From Trichoplax adhaerens (lineage: Eukaryota > Animalia > Placozoa): a DNA stretch of 64,000 nt. The notes below the pieces were generated by a model. It did no database searches. It was not told the DNA's origin and was given only the letters and a program-made list of their open reading frames with translations. The translations under genes and the position numbers were made by a program. Shown piece by piece: positions 37,901-51,300 of the stretch. The stretch covers positions 923,205 through 987,204 of the forward strand of contig NW_002060962.1 of the NCBI RefSeq assembly GCF_000150275.1. Reading direction: 5' to 3'. How positions within the stretch are numbered: the first letter of the stretch is position 1; every line of letters begins with the position of its first letter.

Positions 37901-40858
37901 ATGTATAGCCATCAGCGCAGATTTCAACTTTTAATCGGTTTGGTAACTTTATCACAGTATTTTCTTTTACTCGTATATTGCAGCTTTACAGTTGAATATG
38001 ACCGCTCGACTAACACAACTGTCGAATCAATTATTCAAAATGGTGATATTGTCCTAGGTGGATTATTTTCGATCCATAACATTGATGAGTTACCAGTTCA
38101 TTTAAGCCATTGTGGTAAATTGAGTTTACACGATTTACTGAGGGCCATATCAATGCAGGAAACTATCAATGCCATAAACCAAGACAACACCATCCTACCT
38201 AATGTTTCCCTTGGATATCGGATTATTGATGACTGTAACAGTTTAAGTCGTGTCACTCATGCAACTGTCCAATTTGTGATTGATGAAGAAAACCATCTAC
38301 TCCGATATAATCGTCAACGCTGTCAAACGGTGGAGAAAGAAAAAGGAAAAAATCGTGTTAGTTGTGTGATTGGTGCCGCATCATCAAGTCGATCCCAAGC
38401 TGTCGCCAACATCTTAGGCTCTTATCACATACCTCAAATTAGTTATGCCTCGACGAGTACAATATTCAACGATAAAAATATTTATCCTTATTTCCTACGT
38501 ACAGTCCCATCCGATCTATTGCAAGCTCGCGCTCTTGCCGATATTATTAAATTTTATAAATGGTCCTACATTGCCGTGGTAGCATCATCAGATACTTATG
38601 GAACTTCAGCTTTAGCATCATTTAGAAAATACATGGTTAATAGCCCTGTTTGTTTTGCCGTCGAAGAGATTGTTTCCAGTATCAATCGTCAAGCAAGTGC
38701 AAAAGCGATCGTAAAAAAATTAAAGACTGCGTATAATGCCACAGTAATTGTATTATTTACACAAAAATGGGATAATACAGCTTTAATGCAAGAACTTTGG
38801 CAGCAAAATGTGACTGATCGAATCTATTTAACATCGGAAACAACAGTGGATAAGTCGTTTTTTCGCCCACCTTACGGCAAACAGTTGTTTCAAGGTATGT
38901 TAGTAACTGGTGATCCTTATCAGGTCGATTTAACGCGGCAGAATGTATCTTATCCCGTAGCTAATCTATCATTATATCACAATAATCCATGGATTAAACA
39001 ATTTTTTACTACGAATTGTTTACAAGCACCGTCTATACCACATCAACATACATTATCCGAATTTATCAAATTTGAGCATTTATGTGATTCGAGAGAATCT
39101 AAACGAGAACCTATACCCTATGAAGAGTTCTTTGTTCGCGATTTAACTGTTGTTAATGCTATTTCAGCCGTTGCAGCAGCAATTCATAATATGTTAACTT
39201 GTCAGGAAGGCAAGGGATTACTAGCTAATGGGCGATGCCCTAATATTACAGCTCAGACGGTGGATTTGATTGTAACAGAAGAACTCATGATCTATCTTAA
39301 AAATGTCCAATTTACAAGTATCTTGGGACAATTTCGTTTCAGTCCCACAGGTGATGGACCTGAACGATATAGTATTTCCGCCTTAAACTTATATGATGAT
39401 TTTTATCATTTTAAGCCTGTGGCTTTATGGTCAGTTAATCAGCAAACAGATGAAGTTATGATTACACAATTATCGAATAAAATTATTTGGAAATATGGTA
39501 GCGATATACCATCTTCACGTTGTATGAATGATTGTCCGCCCGGTACACGAATTTCTTTCTATCCATGGTCACCTTGTTGTGGTATATGTCTACCGTGTAA
39601 AAGAATTGGATTTACCAATACTACGAATTCGTTATCCTGCCATCCATGCCCATTAGGCCTAGTGCCTAATTCAAATGCAACAGGTTGTATTCCCTTACCC
39701 ATAGTCTATCTTCATTTTAGCCAACTACCGGCAATCATCATTATTGGGTTATCGATTTCTGGTGCGGTTATTGCAATCTTCTATATCGCCGTTTTCATTC
39801 GATATCGTAAAACACCTGTGATTAAAAGTGCTCATTTCTCGCATAGCTTAGCTCAATTAATTGCAGTTATTATGAATTACAGCGTTCCATTATTCTTTAT
39901 GGGTGAACCAACGGATATATTGTGCATGGCACAGACTTTTACATTTGGAACACTCTGTACGTTATTATTATCTTTGTTATTAGTTAAAACTTATCGAATC
40001 GTTAGCATATTTAGTAATGTCATGACCAATAGTAAAATAGTTTCACGCAGTAGAATTATTAAAGCGAATATTATTCAACTTTCAATTATTTTTTCTTTAA
40101 CGGGTACAGTGATTATTTTTATGGCCGTCTGGTTTGCTATTCAACCACCACGTGCTCAATATGATTATACCGATATTGCTATCTATCACGAGTGCTCTAT
40201 GGTCTTGTCCACTTATACTTTAATTACGGTCATTTATATCCTCATTATAATGGCGGCTTGCCTATATTTAGCCTTTCGTGCAAGAAAATTACCTCAAAAT
40301 TTTAATGAAGCTAAATTTATTTCATTTGCAATGATTACTATAATCTTATCGTGGGCGGCATTTGTACCTGCTTACGCTGGTACAAAAGGTCTCTACCGTA
40401 ATACTGCTTCCTGTTTGGCAGTTATTTCAACCAATACCGCCATTCTATGCTGTATATTTACTCCAAAAATCTATATCATTTACTTCAGGCCAGAAAGGAA
40501 TAATCAAAAAATGGTACAACAATCAACCATGAATTTTATGGTTAAGCATTCCGTCCAATCTGTTAATACTGGATCGAATCAAAGGTATAATGTCTCTGAT
40601 AACTCTACCTACACAAGCGATAAGAATCTTTTAGACAAGGCAGGAAAATTAACCAAATTCAACAAAGTAGCAACTAAGCGTACTGAAGAAAATAAAAGTA
40701 GTCAACATCATGATTCATTGTCTACTTTATCAAGTAGTCTAGGGCATCAATTAAGCGATTCGACTAACGTAACATCACATACAGATGTTCATATTGAAGA
40801 AGAACAAGATAATCAAGAGGATGAAAATAATGCACAGCAACAATTTCATGCTTTTTAA
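37901..40858 (+). CDS. Class C GPCR (mGluR/CaSR-like), intronless CDS
   Basis: Signal peptide; Venus flytrap domain (GDIVLGGLFSIH, ILPNVSLGYRIIDDC, IPQISYASTS, FLRTVPSD); nine-cysteine domain; 7TM with KTYRI and LPQNFNEAKFISF...PKIYII. Confidence 0.95.
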   Translation: MYSHQRRFQLLIGLVTLSQYFLLLVYCSFTVEYDRSTNTTVESIIQNGDIVLGGLFSIHNIDELPVHLSHCGKLSLHDLLRAISMQETINAINQDNTILPNVSLGYRIIDDCNSLSRVTHATVQFVIDEENHLLRYNRQRCQTVEKEKGKNRVSCVIGAASSSRSQAVANILGSYHIPQISYASTSTIFNDKNIYPYFLRTVPSDLLQARALADIIKFYKWSYIAVVASSDTYGTSALASFRKYMVNSPVCFAVEEIVSSINRQASAKAIVKKLKTAYNATVIVLFTQKWDNTALMQELWQQNVTDRIYLTSETTVDKSFFRPPYGKQLFQGMLVTGDPYQVDLTRQNVSYPVANLSLYHNNPWIKQFFTTNCLQAPSIPHQHTLSEFIKFEHLCDSRESKREPIPYEEFFVRDLTVVNAISAVAAAIHNMLTCQEGKGLLANGRCPNITAQTVDLIVTEELMIYLKNVQFTSILGQFRFSPTGDGPERYSISALNLYDDFYHFKPVALWSVNQQTDEVMITQLSNKIIWKYGSDIPSSRCMNDCPPGTRISFYPWSPCCGICLPCKRIGFTNTTNSLSCHPCPLGLVPNSNATGCIPLPIVYLHFSQLPAIIIIGLSISGAVIAIFYIAVFIRYRKTPVIKSAHFSHSLAQLIAVIMNYSVPLFFMGEPTDILCMAQTFTFGTLCTLLLSLLLVKTYRIVSIFSNVMTNSKIVSRSRIIKANIIQLSIIFSLTGTVIIFMAVWFAIQPPRAQYDYTDIAIYHECSMVLSTYTLITVIYILIIMAACLYLAFRARKLPQNFNEAKFISFAMITIILSWAAFVPAYAGTKGLYRNTASCLAVISTNTAILCCIFTPKIYIIYFRPERNNQKMVQQSTMNFMVKHSVQSVNTGSNQRYNVSDNSTYTSDKNLLDKAGKLTKFNKVATKRTEENKSSQHHDSLSTLSSSLGHQLSDSTNVTSHTDVHIEEEQDNQEDENNAQQQFHAF

Positions 40859-43800
40859 AATATTGTTTGGATAATTTGTCATATGGAATTATCTGTATTA
40901 GACTAAGAATATGATAATGTAGATAAATTGCTTGCAAATTTTTATCCAATAAATAGAAGACTTAATTACTACGGTACATGGATACGCTATTCATTTTTTG
41001 CAATAACTCTATTAAATGTTGAATAATATTACAGTTATGCAGCAATGGCGACTAGTAAATTTAAGATATTACAAATTATTACTAATAATAACAGTAAAGA
41101 GTAGTCTTTATAGCTAGATAAAAAATAAATCAAGACAAAATTGTTTTGATATAATTTTAATGATTTAGCAAATAGCCTTTCCCTATCACATATGAGACGC
41201 TAATTAAATTAAGTAAGTGACGCGAAATTTCAATTACGCGTTAAATTTCATTTATTAGATGAAATTTGGCTTTGGAAGTAAATTTATTATGCATATGATC
41301 TTGTATATTTAATAGCTTTAATACGATATAATCCGAAAATATTTCGATTTTATCCTTAATCTATTCAATATTCATGCTGAATTTATAAACCGCTAAATTA
41401 AAAATATTAAAAGAATACGTTAATCAAATATCTTGTTCGAAGACAAATATATATAGAAATAGACATTATATTGCGTAAACTCCCGGAAAATTTGTTTACG
41501 TGTAGATATAACGTAAGCATTACGTTTTATATTTTAGCGTTAGCATTGCTGCAGTTATTATCTAAAATTTATTGGTATGATAGTTAAAAAGTTTAACTAC
41601 AAAGTTTAAGTATACACGGCTGATGAATGTTTCGGAATTCCAATAAAATAAATTATTGAGAATTTTCTTGAGTAGGGGTAAATGTTCGTTGTAATCAAGA
41701 TGTAACGTCTCAAAGTTACTAAGATTCACCTGTTAATTCAAAAATTGGAAAACAAAAATTGCAGCATAGTTCAATAGCATCTAATAGTAATTAAGGTCCT
41801 TCTAATTTCTTACGCATCTGCTAAAATACTAGTAGATACTTTTAGAACCCTTAAAATATAGATTAAGATTCTAGTATGATTCCTTAATGTGAATCAGTAG
41901 TTGCAGCTATTTTATTTTCCAGCTACCGGTTGTACTTCCTGCTGTTTCCTTTGGATAGTGGTATAGATTAATTGATTTATTAGTCGTAAACTGCATCGGA
42001 AAGGCCATTACTATTCTACATAATAATAGCAAGTAACACTATCCTATGTAATCGTAATAATTTACAAAAGTCGAAATTATTACTTAATCTGTCCCCTGCT
42101 TATGAATGCTGATAAAAATGTCATAACATACACAGATCAGTATCAATTGATGATAATATTTTTGAAATACAATCACTTATGTCGAGCAGCATTCTAACTA
42201 GTAATTGACTTACTAATTAGTTAAAATATGATACGAATAATCCTTGCAGTTTTACTTCGTATACTATTTAAAAATAAAAGATCATGATTTATTGCCAACT
42301 TGTCATAATTTTTAAGATTTTAATATTTCAAAATTCAAAACAGTATTGTCTCTTGATGTCTAACGAGCGAGTTAACATGTCAAGATATTAATTTGTTAAC
42401 ATATCATCAAAAATAGTCTGGGATTATGTTAAGCACTTTGAAATTTATGATAGCATCCATTAATATATAAAGGATATAATTGGAGGTTATATACATGAAT
42501 TAAACAAGCTAGCAATGAGATCATCATGATTAGTAAGCTGCAAATAATGACTTTCAGTAGTATTGATGTGATAAAGTGGATTAGCTTAGGGTCCTTACCG
42601 TACTCTCAGACTACCGAACACGAAAATCATTTTTTGCGTAGAAGCGTGGGTAACTCGGCACCTTAGAAGGCCATCATTAAAGGTAAGCATTAATGTTTAC
42701 TACCTTTCGTTTTGCTGCTTAATAGCTAGAAAGTATATTATAAGAAACATTAATTTTAATTATAGTTATAACAGTCAGTGAAGATATTGAGTGTGAGTAT
42801 TTTATATAATTCAAGTATTTACACTATCAACCCTATCCCATAGCTTACAGAAGATCATAGTTAGGCTACGCTAGCTTCTAAATGCAATACGAACAATGGC
42901 AGCTCGAAACAAATTTACATTTGTGATAAGTAAAGCAGCCTTCATGATGAGCTAAATTATTAATATTATTCATTTAATCTGTAAATAATTACACTTATCT
43001 CTATTAAGAAATGATAGAACATTATATGCAGCTTCTTATTTTTTACTCTAATAGGCGATAATGCAATTTGGTACTAGTAATAAGGGTTTATTATCTATTA
43101 CAAAAGAACAGCTGCTTAAATGCTTTACTAGCTGTAAATAGGAAATACTACGTTCTAAGCAAATATTATTACTAAAACATACACGGTATGTAGTCGATTA
43201 TCTTTGCTTAATTTAACTCTGGTGAGGGAAATTATAAGGGTTTAATATCTATTTAGCTATCAGTAAATAGTATCATCGGATTTATTGCTTACGAGAGATA
43301 AATTCATTTTATCTGAATATTGATTAAAAATTCAATTTATATCTAATAATTGCACTTAGAACTGGTGCAACATTGAAAGAACTACAGTTACAAATAATTG
43401 ACCTATAACTTTTAGCTACTGACTTCGGCTACGGTTAAAATTGTTTTCATTTAAACGCAAATTTACTGCATCGCTACCTATAAATGCTTATGTTGTTCTC
43501 TAGTACCCGTAGGCTTCCTTGACTATAGCATTTTAGCCTATAAATATTCCATATTTTTATTGGTGTGACGATAGCGAACTCAAAATATAAAACTTATTAA
43601 GTAATTAAGTTATTATTAAAAAATCTTCTGTACATAGATATATTAGTAATTATGAATATGTGATAACTATTATGATTGTTGCAGAATATTAATTAATATA
43701 CATTTTTTATTAATAGATTTTTCAGGGTGTTGTTGAGATGTTATTATTAAAAATAGTTATTAATTTATATATCTAGTGATTAAAAATAATCTCGATACTA

Positions 43801-45323
43801 TAAATGAGATTGTTTAAAATTAAACGTGAAATTACGTAGTCGATTGGATGAGTAGTACTAAACTGCGTAAATTGAGCTAAAAAAAGTCAACAGTACAGTA
43901 ACATAGTGTACACGCTAATCATAAAGTTGTCTGTAGGATAAAAGGTAGTGCTCTACCGATTATATCAGTACAGAGACTAATATCTGAAGTGCAATTCTAC
44001 TTAATATTAAATTGCGAAATGGTTTACTGCATCGACAAAGGTACAGTACCCCCATTTCACATTATCTCTTTGTATCATAACTTCTATCGTGATAATCGGA
44101 TATCTAATTTATTCCCATGTAAAGTTTTCGAGCGCTTCCAATTTTTGCAATTATGGAGAATCTTTATTCAAGTTTACAATTTTAAATTTAAAGCATTTTA
44201 AATTACGATTTAATGAAGAATAACGAACATACGTTATCACTAACTATTACAACAACTTCATACACCGATATGGTCATACTCGAAGTATTATATACATAGA
44301 GAGAGGCGAAAGACAAAAAAATTAAGGTATACTTCTGTGATTGAGCTAATAAAGAATATATATGTAATAGCTGTAGCTATATAGCCGTAATATCTTAAAA
44401 ATTAATGCAAATTTTCTATTAAATTTTAATTAGTAATTTATTATTATTATAAAGATATGAAATTTACAAAGACCATCGTAAAGATATTCATATAGCTGCT
44501 TCGTTTGTAAAAGTTTAATCTGAAGAATAACAGTTTATAGACAGCAGTGACTAAGCATAAGTAAACTTTCAGAATGAAATTCATAATACTTATATAATAT
44601 TTATTACAATTTTACACTATGAGCTTCTATATTTCCTCTACATTGTAAGAAACTATGAAAATTATTAAAAAAATAGGTAAAGAGCCTATCGTTAGATTAG
44701 TACTAATGCATGTATTTAATTAATTATTAATACTTTGGTATTTTCTGTTAAAATAATTTTACTTATCAAGTACTCTCTTCAAGCATAGATATATACTGGT
44801 TGGAAGATATTGTAATTCTTTTCTTCCATTACACTATTAAGGTATGGTTTGGCAGTTAAGAGCTCTCAATTAACATAGATCTTTATAATAAAGCAAGAAA
44901 GCATAGTGCAATATTACGCAATCATCGCATAAATCGAAAGCAGCAATAACCGAAATAAGAACTATCGATATATTCAATAGTAAGAAATGCTATGCTACTG
45001 AGACAAGTCCGCATAAGATAGCTCAACATCACATACGCGTATGCTTTAATTGGTATGAAATTAAGAACCAACGCTAGTTATTTGGCTTAGACTCTATCGC
45101 AACGATATCATCGCATGAAACTAATAATATCTGAATATTATAATCCTGTCTTTACAAAGTTTAACCATCATTATGATAAATTTTTAATCTTAAGATTTAT
45201 AACCGAGAGAAAATTATAATCTATGATAAACATCTTTTATTCTTCATCATAATTCTAAAAAAAATTTTACGTAGAGTCATCTATACAGTATTGTGCAAAT
45301 TTTATTAAATTGTAATGTCATTA

Positions 45324-48300
45324 TTAGAAGTGATACTGTTGGTAATTTTGTTCACCATCAGTTACTGTAGAGACTTCTGCCTTAAATGTAATATCAGTAT
45401 CAGCTATGCGTACTCTTTTTGGAGCACAGTTATTACTATAGATTGTATTCTTGTTGTTTTCATCATCAACATCTCGTCGATGAATATTATTTTCACTCTG
45501 AGTACGATTTAATAAAATGTCCGCAGGATCAGAAGCGCGACTTAATTTTTTTTTATCGCACTTATTCTCTAGCGGCGGTGTACCTATTGAATTATTTTCA
45601 GATATGTCATGAACTATAGTAGTATTAGTTTTGATGCTAGATTGTCTAGTTTGTGTTCCATCGTGGCTTAAATCTTTAACCATTTTTAATGCTGTTTTAT
45701 CGATCTCCTTTTTGGTTTGGTCAGTAGTGGTTATTTCCATAGTAAAGCGGATAAATAAGTTAAGGCCTGAAGAGACTACAGCCAAGCCTAACATAATGAA
45801 GATGATGCATAACCCTAAATAAGCCGAATGGTTCATATGATGATTGTGCTTTTGTAAGGCGACATAGTCACCAAATCCAATCGTAGATAACGTAATAAAG
45901 CAGTAATAAAAGCCGTCTAAGTACGACCAACTTTCCAGGAAGGCAAATGTAGCAGCTCCTCCACTGAAAAATGTCATTGTTAGCAAACCATCGAAAATAC
46001 CTAGTTCTAAGTTTCGCACTCTCGGAACTTTGCCCATTGTCTTTTTAAAGGAACGAATTAGATAGGCAAAGAAGGCATTGATTATATCACCAACTGACTG
46101 ATACAACAAAATTGTAATTGGTATTCCAAATAATGCATAAATTATACAAATACCCTTCCCGGCTTCAGTAGATGGTGCTAAGACTCCATAACCTAACATT
46201 TAGATAAGAAATATATTAATCCATAAATGCGTAGAAGAAAAAAAATTTGCTATTAAATCAGATAAGCTACATTAGGATTCTAATCAGCATATGAAAAGTA
46301 ATAAACGATAAGTAAGTATTTATGATACATTTAATTATCATGTTGTCAGTATATTATAATCGACTTTTATGGCTACAAATCTAACCTTCAAATTTTGATT
46401 GCTACTTAATGGTATTTTGACATATAATTTAATTTTATTAAGCCTTTTTGACTAAAATTTGAAATAAATTGATGTACTTATTCCGCATTCATATCTTATC
46501 AGAAATGAGCATTAGCGTAGAAAATTTGTGCGGTATTTAATTTATCTGTATCAGAGTAGGATCGATATTCGCAAGCTTGGCTTAAATTAAAAGCGATTTT
46601 TAAAGAAATATCCTTTTAGTGAGTAAATTTTATCTCTTATGAATAAAAAATTTCTCGCGATAGGAATATTTCAAAACATTTTTCTTGCCAGGTTATTTAA
46701 GTCCCATGAAAGAATAAAAATTTAATTCTGAATGATGATATAGTGGAGACACAATTAAATTATCATTTCCGTTAAACATCAATGTGCAAATGTCATATAT
46801 AATTATTATGAATTTTCATTATTATATTATTGAGTCCCGCACGACTGCGATCAAAATTTCAAATGACATAAATAGGAGTGAGATGCTAAGCTACTGATTT
46901 ATTTCCTTGAATTCTGCAACTGTTTCTTATGGTTACTATGGAAAAATTTCGAAAATAGGATACTAACAGATGTTATTGGCTCTATAATTCTTAAAGTAAA
47001 TAAAGCTTCTTTGATCGAGCATGATTTAGACCCTGACCTAATATCATAATTTAATAAACGTATCACGAGTCAAGAAATATTAATTTCGATTGTAAAGAAG
47101 ATAATTGTATGATATTTTACTATCGAATAAATAACTGAACAAAACTTAAACATTCTGTTGCATCAATAGAGAAGTAAAAAGTTTATTTTGTTGAGATCCC
47201 AATGAACATAGCGGTCAGCCTTTTTCGAATATATGTCAAAATATTTTCAACTATCGCCTTGTTTAATTTATATTAATGGCCTTTATCTTAGTTAGCTAGA
47301 AACGAGCATATCTGATAATTTGTGTCTTTAAGTTTGCTATAAAGAATATTTATCTGCTTTTATTATTAAGCTTAAATATTATGTATTATTTATTTCTAGA
47401 CGTCCCTTCTCGTCAATGATTTTTTACACTTGTAATTTAAAAGTTCAAACTTTTGAATCATTAATACGAACACTATAATTTATTGATCAAGATCTATCGT
47501 TGCTTTTTAATAATAGAAATTATTTAATAGCTAGCGACGATGAAAACATATAAAAACAGCTGTGTATTAACTACTGTTCTTGATCCTTCCAAATTTCATG
47601 CGATATTTGGGCTATCTAAATTGTAGTCTAAGCTAACAGATTAGGTATTCATTCAATAACGATAAAATGATAAACAAATCCCGTACGTGGAAAGGGAAAA
47701 GTTACCCTTTTGCCTGAAATCTTAATCTACAAATAAAACTTATCATAACTACAGTTTACTTTAAACATATAAGCTAAACTATCATTACATCAACTGAAAT
47801 TTAATCAGTTATAAGTTTTTAATATATTATGCTATCGTATGCAATAGAATAATGATACAAATTTGATACTTTACATCTCAATTAAATCAGCTGAATAAGA
47901 CATATTCATTCGTAAAGAAGGAATGTAGCGTGGGCTGCATTTACATTAAGATCAATTTTAAACAGGGTACCTAAGCAGAATTAATCTTTTCAACTGTTTT
48001 ATTTTTTTAGAGAACTAAATAATGAAAATGACAGTCTATTGAAATTATTCAATATCTTTCCTTCATTTTTTTCGATGTTAGCATTCAACACGTACCGGAT
48101 AGATAAAATTACGAAAAAATAATCTATCAATAGTTAACTTTCCATATAAACTTGCAATTATATTTAACTAATTACATCTTTGAAATAAGGTTATCTAAGA
48201 CTGTTAGTTTTATCTTTCAGCTATCATATTTTAGCCTATTATAAATAGCTAAAGGGTACCATAGTGAAGGGTTTCATTCTTTAATCAATATCATTTATGC

Positions 48301-51300
48301 GAGGGAACCTCGCAAAATTACTGATGCTCACTATTAATTCAAAATCTTTCACGATTTATACGCATTGTTATATTTGAATATTACATATCTTGAGGAAAGT
48401 AGAGATATTTAAGTCAAAACAATGCAATTTTGGTAATTGCTGCAACTTAATTTGGACTTTTGTGGTTAGTATAAAGACGAATTATGAAATATTTGTTAAG
48501 CGCTCTGTAAATAAATGCCAGTAGGTAAGTGGAATTGTGCAATGCTACCTGGATAACTAAAATCCAATGTCAATAAACTCTTCATAGTTGGTAATAGCTT
48601 AATTGATTGAATTTCATTTGTTAAACTTGTCAGAAGTTTTTGTAATTGACATTGCATCTAATATTTTTGTTTTTAAAAGTGCTATTTCGATTACGAATAT
48701 AATTTTAGAAGAAAATGACAATATACGCATTATTTTGTTAAAAAACTTGTAAAAACTAGCAAAATTCGCACACCGTAACTTAAGAGCTATCAGTCAGACT
48801 TTGGTAATATTCGTATGACTTAATTACAAACGTAACATGGTAGTTAGACAGTTATTTCCGTTTTAGTAGTAAATGTGTGAACTTCATAATATTGGTAACA
48901 CAGAAATGATTTAAATATTTCAATTCGTATTTTAAGACCGACTACTTTGTCTATGTTACGATTTGCGATGACCTTTTAGGTATTTTCTGAGCACTACAAA
49001 ATGAAGTTTTGTAGAATCGAATTTTTATGCCATAAAGTGAGAAAAACCATTTACCAACAAATTTGAAACACGGGTAGATCTGCCGGCCGTTTACATTGTA
49101 TAGATTTCAAGCTATAGTTCATTTATTTTATCTTGTCCGACTACAATAATGCATCTAATCGTGTATTGGTATTACGCAAGAGTTGTTTGTCAATCCTGAC
49201 TGTACACAGTTAAAATTGACGCCATTTGCCTATTACTATGCTGGAGTAGTTTTAAATGAGAGTTTTGATCTAGTAATGAATGATTACATTACGTAGGCTA
49301 TTAAATATACTTTACTTCAGCTAAAAATAATTGCATTATCTTTAGTTCATAAAATTAATAGATACGGAGGATTTAATATTCTTTAATATATTAAGATAGC
49401 AACGATGAAATGTAATAATTAATAATAATATTACATCGTTGATCAACCATTTTCGTCTACATCTCTTAACAATTGAAATCGTAGTCACGGGTGAACGAAT
49501 ATAATTTTTTGCACGCTATTATTGTGCAGTAAGAATAAAATAAGAGACAAGCTTCATTAAAATAAGTGACCTAGTTCTATACACGATAACGGTTGTTTTT
49601 ATCACCAGAACGCAGGTAATTCGACTTTTTCGATTTTATATTTTTCGAAAGTAGTAGTTTAGAATATCCTCAATAAGTAAATTTATGTACAGTAGATATC
49701 TGCCTTATCTTTACTTATTGTTAAGAGTATATAGTATAAAACTTGATAGCGAACAAAGCAATGTTATAGAGGGTTTTAGTAAAAAATTTCGAAGAAAATT
49801 ATTGCTTTTAAATATCGATAAAGCTAGCTATTACTGCTTGCTTTTAGGTAGTAAAATTGAATATATCCGATTCGTTCATTTTTCCATGACCTGCAGCATA
49901 TTTAAATGTTCGTCTTTGGTTTCGTAATTTGCATAGTTCAATGGCGAAAACAAACAAATTTTGTGCTGTTGTATTTAATTCAGGAGTTTGTGCAATTTTG
50001 TCTCGTAGGTAATTGCAAAGAGAAAATATTTTTAACTCCGAGACTGTACGTTATTTAAAATGGGGAGGCTTAGCGTATTTTTTTGACACAAAAGAATGCC
50101 AATATTAGATAGAGTAAGATATTGAGATGTACGCGTATATCTAATGGAATCTGTAAATTTGTTGTGGTAGCTCCCTCCGTTCTTAAGCTAATAAAATATT
50201 TGTTGCTTTCCTAAACTACTTTTCAATTTATAATAAAAAAATATTGAGGAATGATCAAATTTTGTTTTGCGAAATGTGCAGCTATGCAAAAGTTGGAATA
50301 TTAAGGTATAATACTGGTTATGTAAAGGCACTTATTGTTTTCTTGATATTTAAGTAAGTAATTTTTTAATGAGAAATTGTAAATGGTAAAATAGCTGACA
50401 GAGTTCAAGATAGAGGGTTAATAACAATTGTAATAGATGTTAGCTATCATGGACCAATTTACCTATGCCATGAATTGTACACAGCTAATAAAATCTAACG
50501 CACTACTATGAATGGTTATTTAATCTGTTTGTTTGCAGTATTGGTATTATAAGCTGCCGAAGAAACCGTTTTGTTAGTCGTATCTTCCAACAATACACGT
50601 AATATGTACCATCCAATCATCATAAAATAAAATAAAATTTACGGAAGGCGGTAAGATGATCAAAATTACCCAATGTTGTTTACAAGAGCCTTTGTTCCAT
50701 TTTAATATTGTAATTTCAAATCTACGCTTTCTAATCTTCTAATAATACATCTACCGAGTACAGCAATAGACTACGGTATTGAAAGCTAAATCTATAATAC
50801 TTTCGCTATTGATTTTCTGAACTACGGTACTACAAAATGAGTAACTGATCTTGATCTATACTGTTAGGTCATAATAGTATCTATCATAAAAAAATAATAG
50901 TGTGCAGTTTCGCTTTAATATTTTTATTGGTAATGTAGACTTTTGGCAATCGCAGGCATATATCTTATCGTAGTGGATATCTTGAGGTTTGAGTTTGGTA
51001 TACCCGTATTTTACCAATCTCCTTAGTTGTTACATTTAATAGCAACATGAAGTGTCAACATGAATGTTGAATTGAGGACATATTTTATATGAGATTCTTG
51101 ATATAGTGACTGTAGTTGAGAATATGCTTTTTGGCATGTTGTTATAATGCTAAGATTTTGCCTACTGTAACTGTGATGTACTGTAAAGTTACAGGATATT
51201 ACGGCATTAATATTTAGTAAATTTCTCTGAACACGTAACACTTTAGCCAAGAATAGGTTGAAGCATACTACATTTTAGAAATAAGTAGAAGCGATCGGTA

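Noticed and set aside
48298-48325. Hairpin tgcgagg-gaa-cctcgca followed by CTGA, resembling a Helitron 3' end
   Set aside because: It is a single short stem with atypical spacing and no second copy, consistent with chance.
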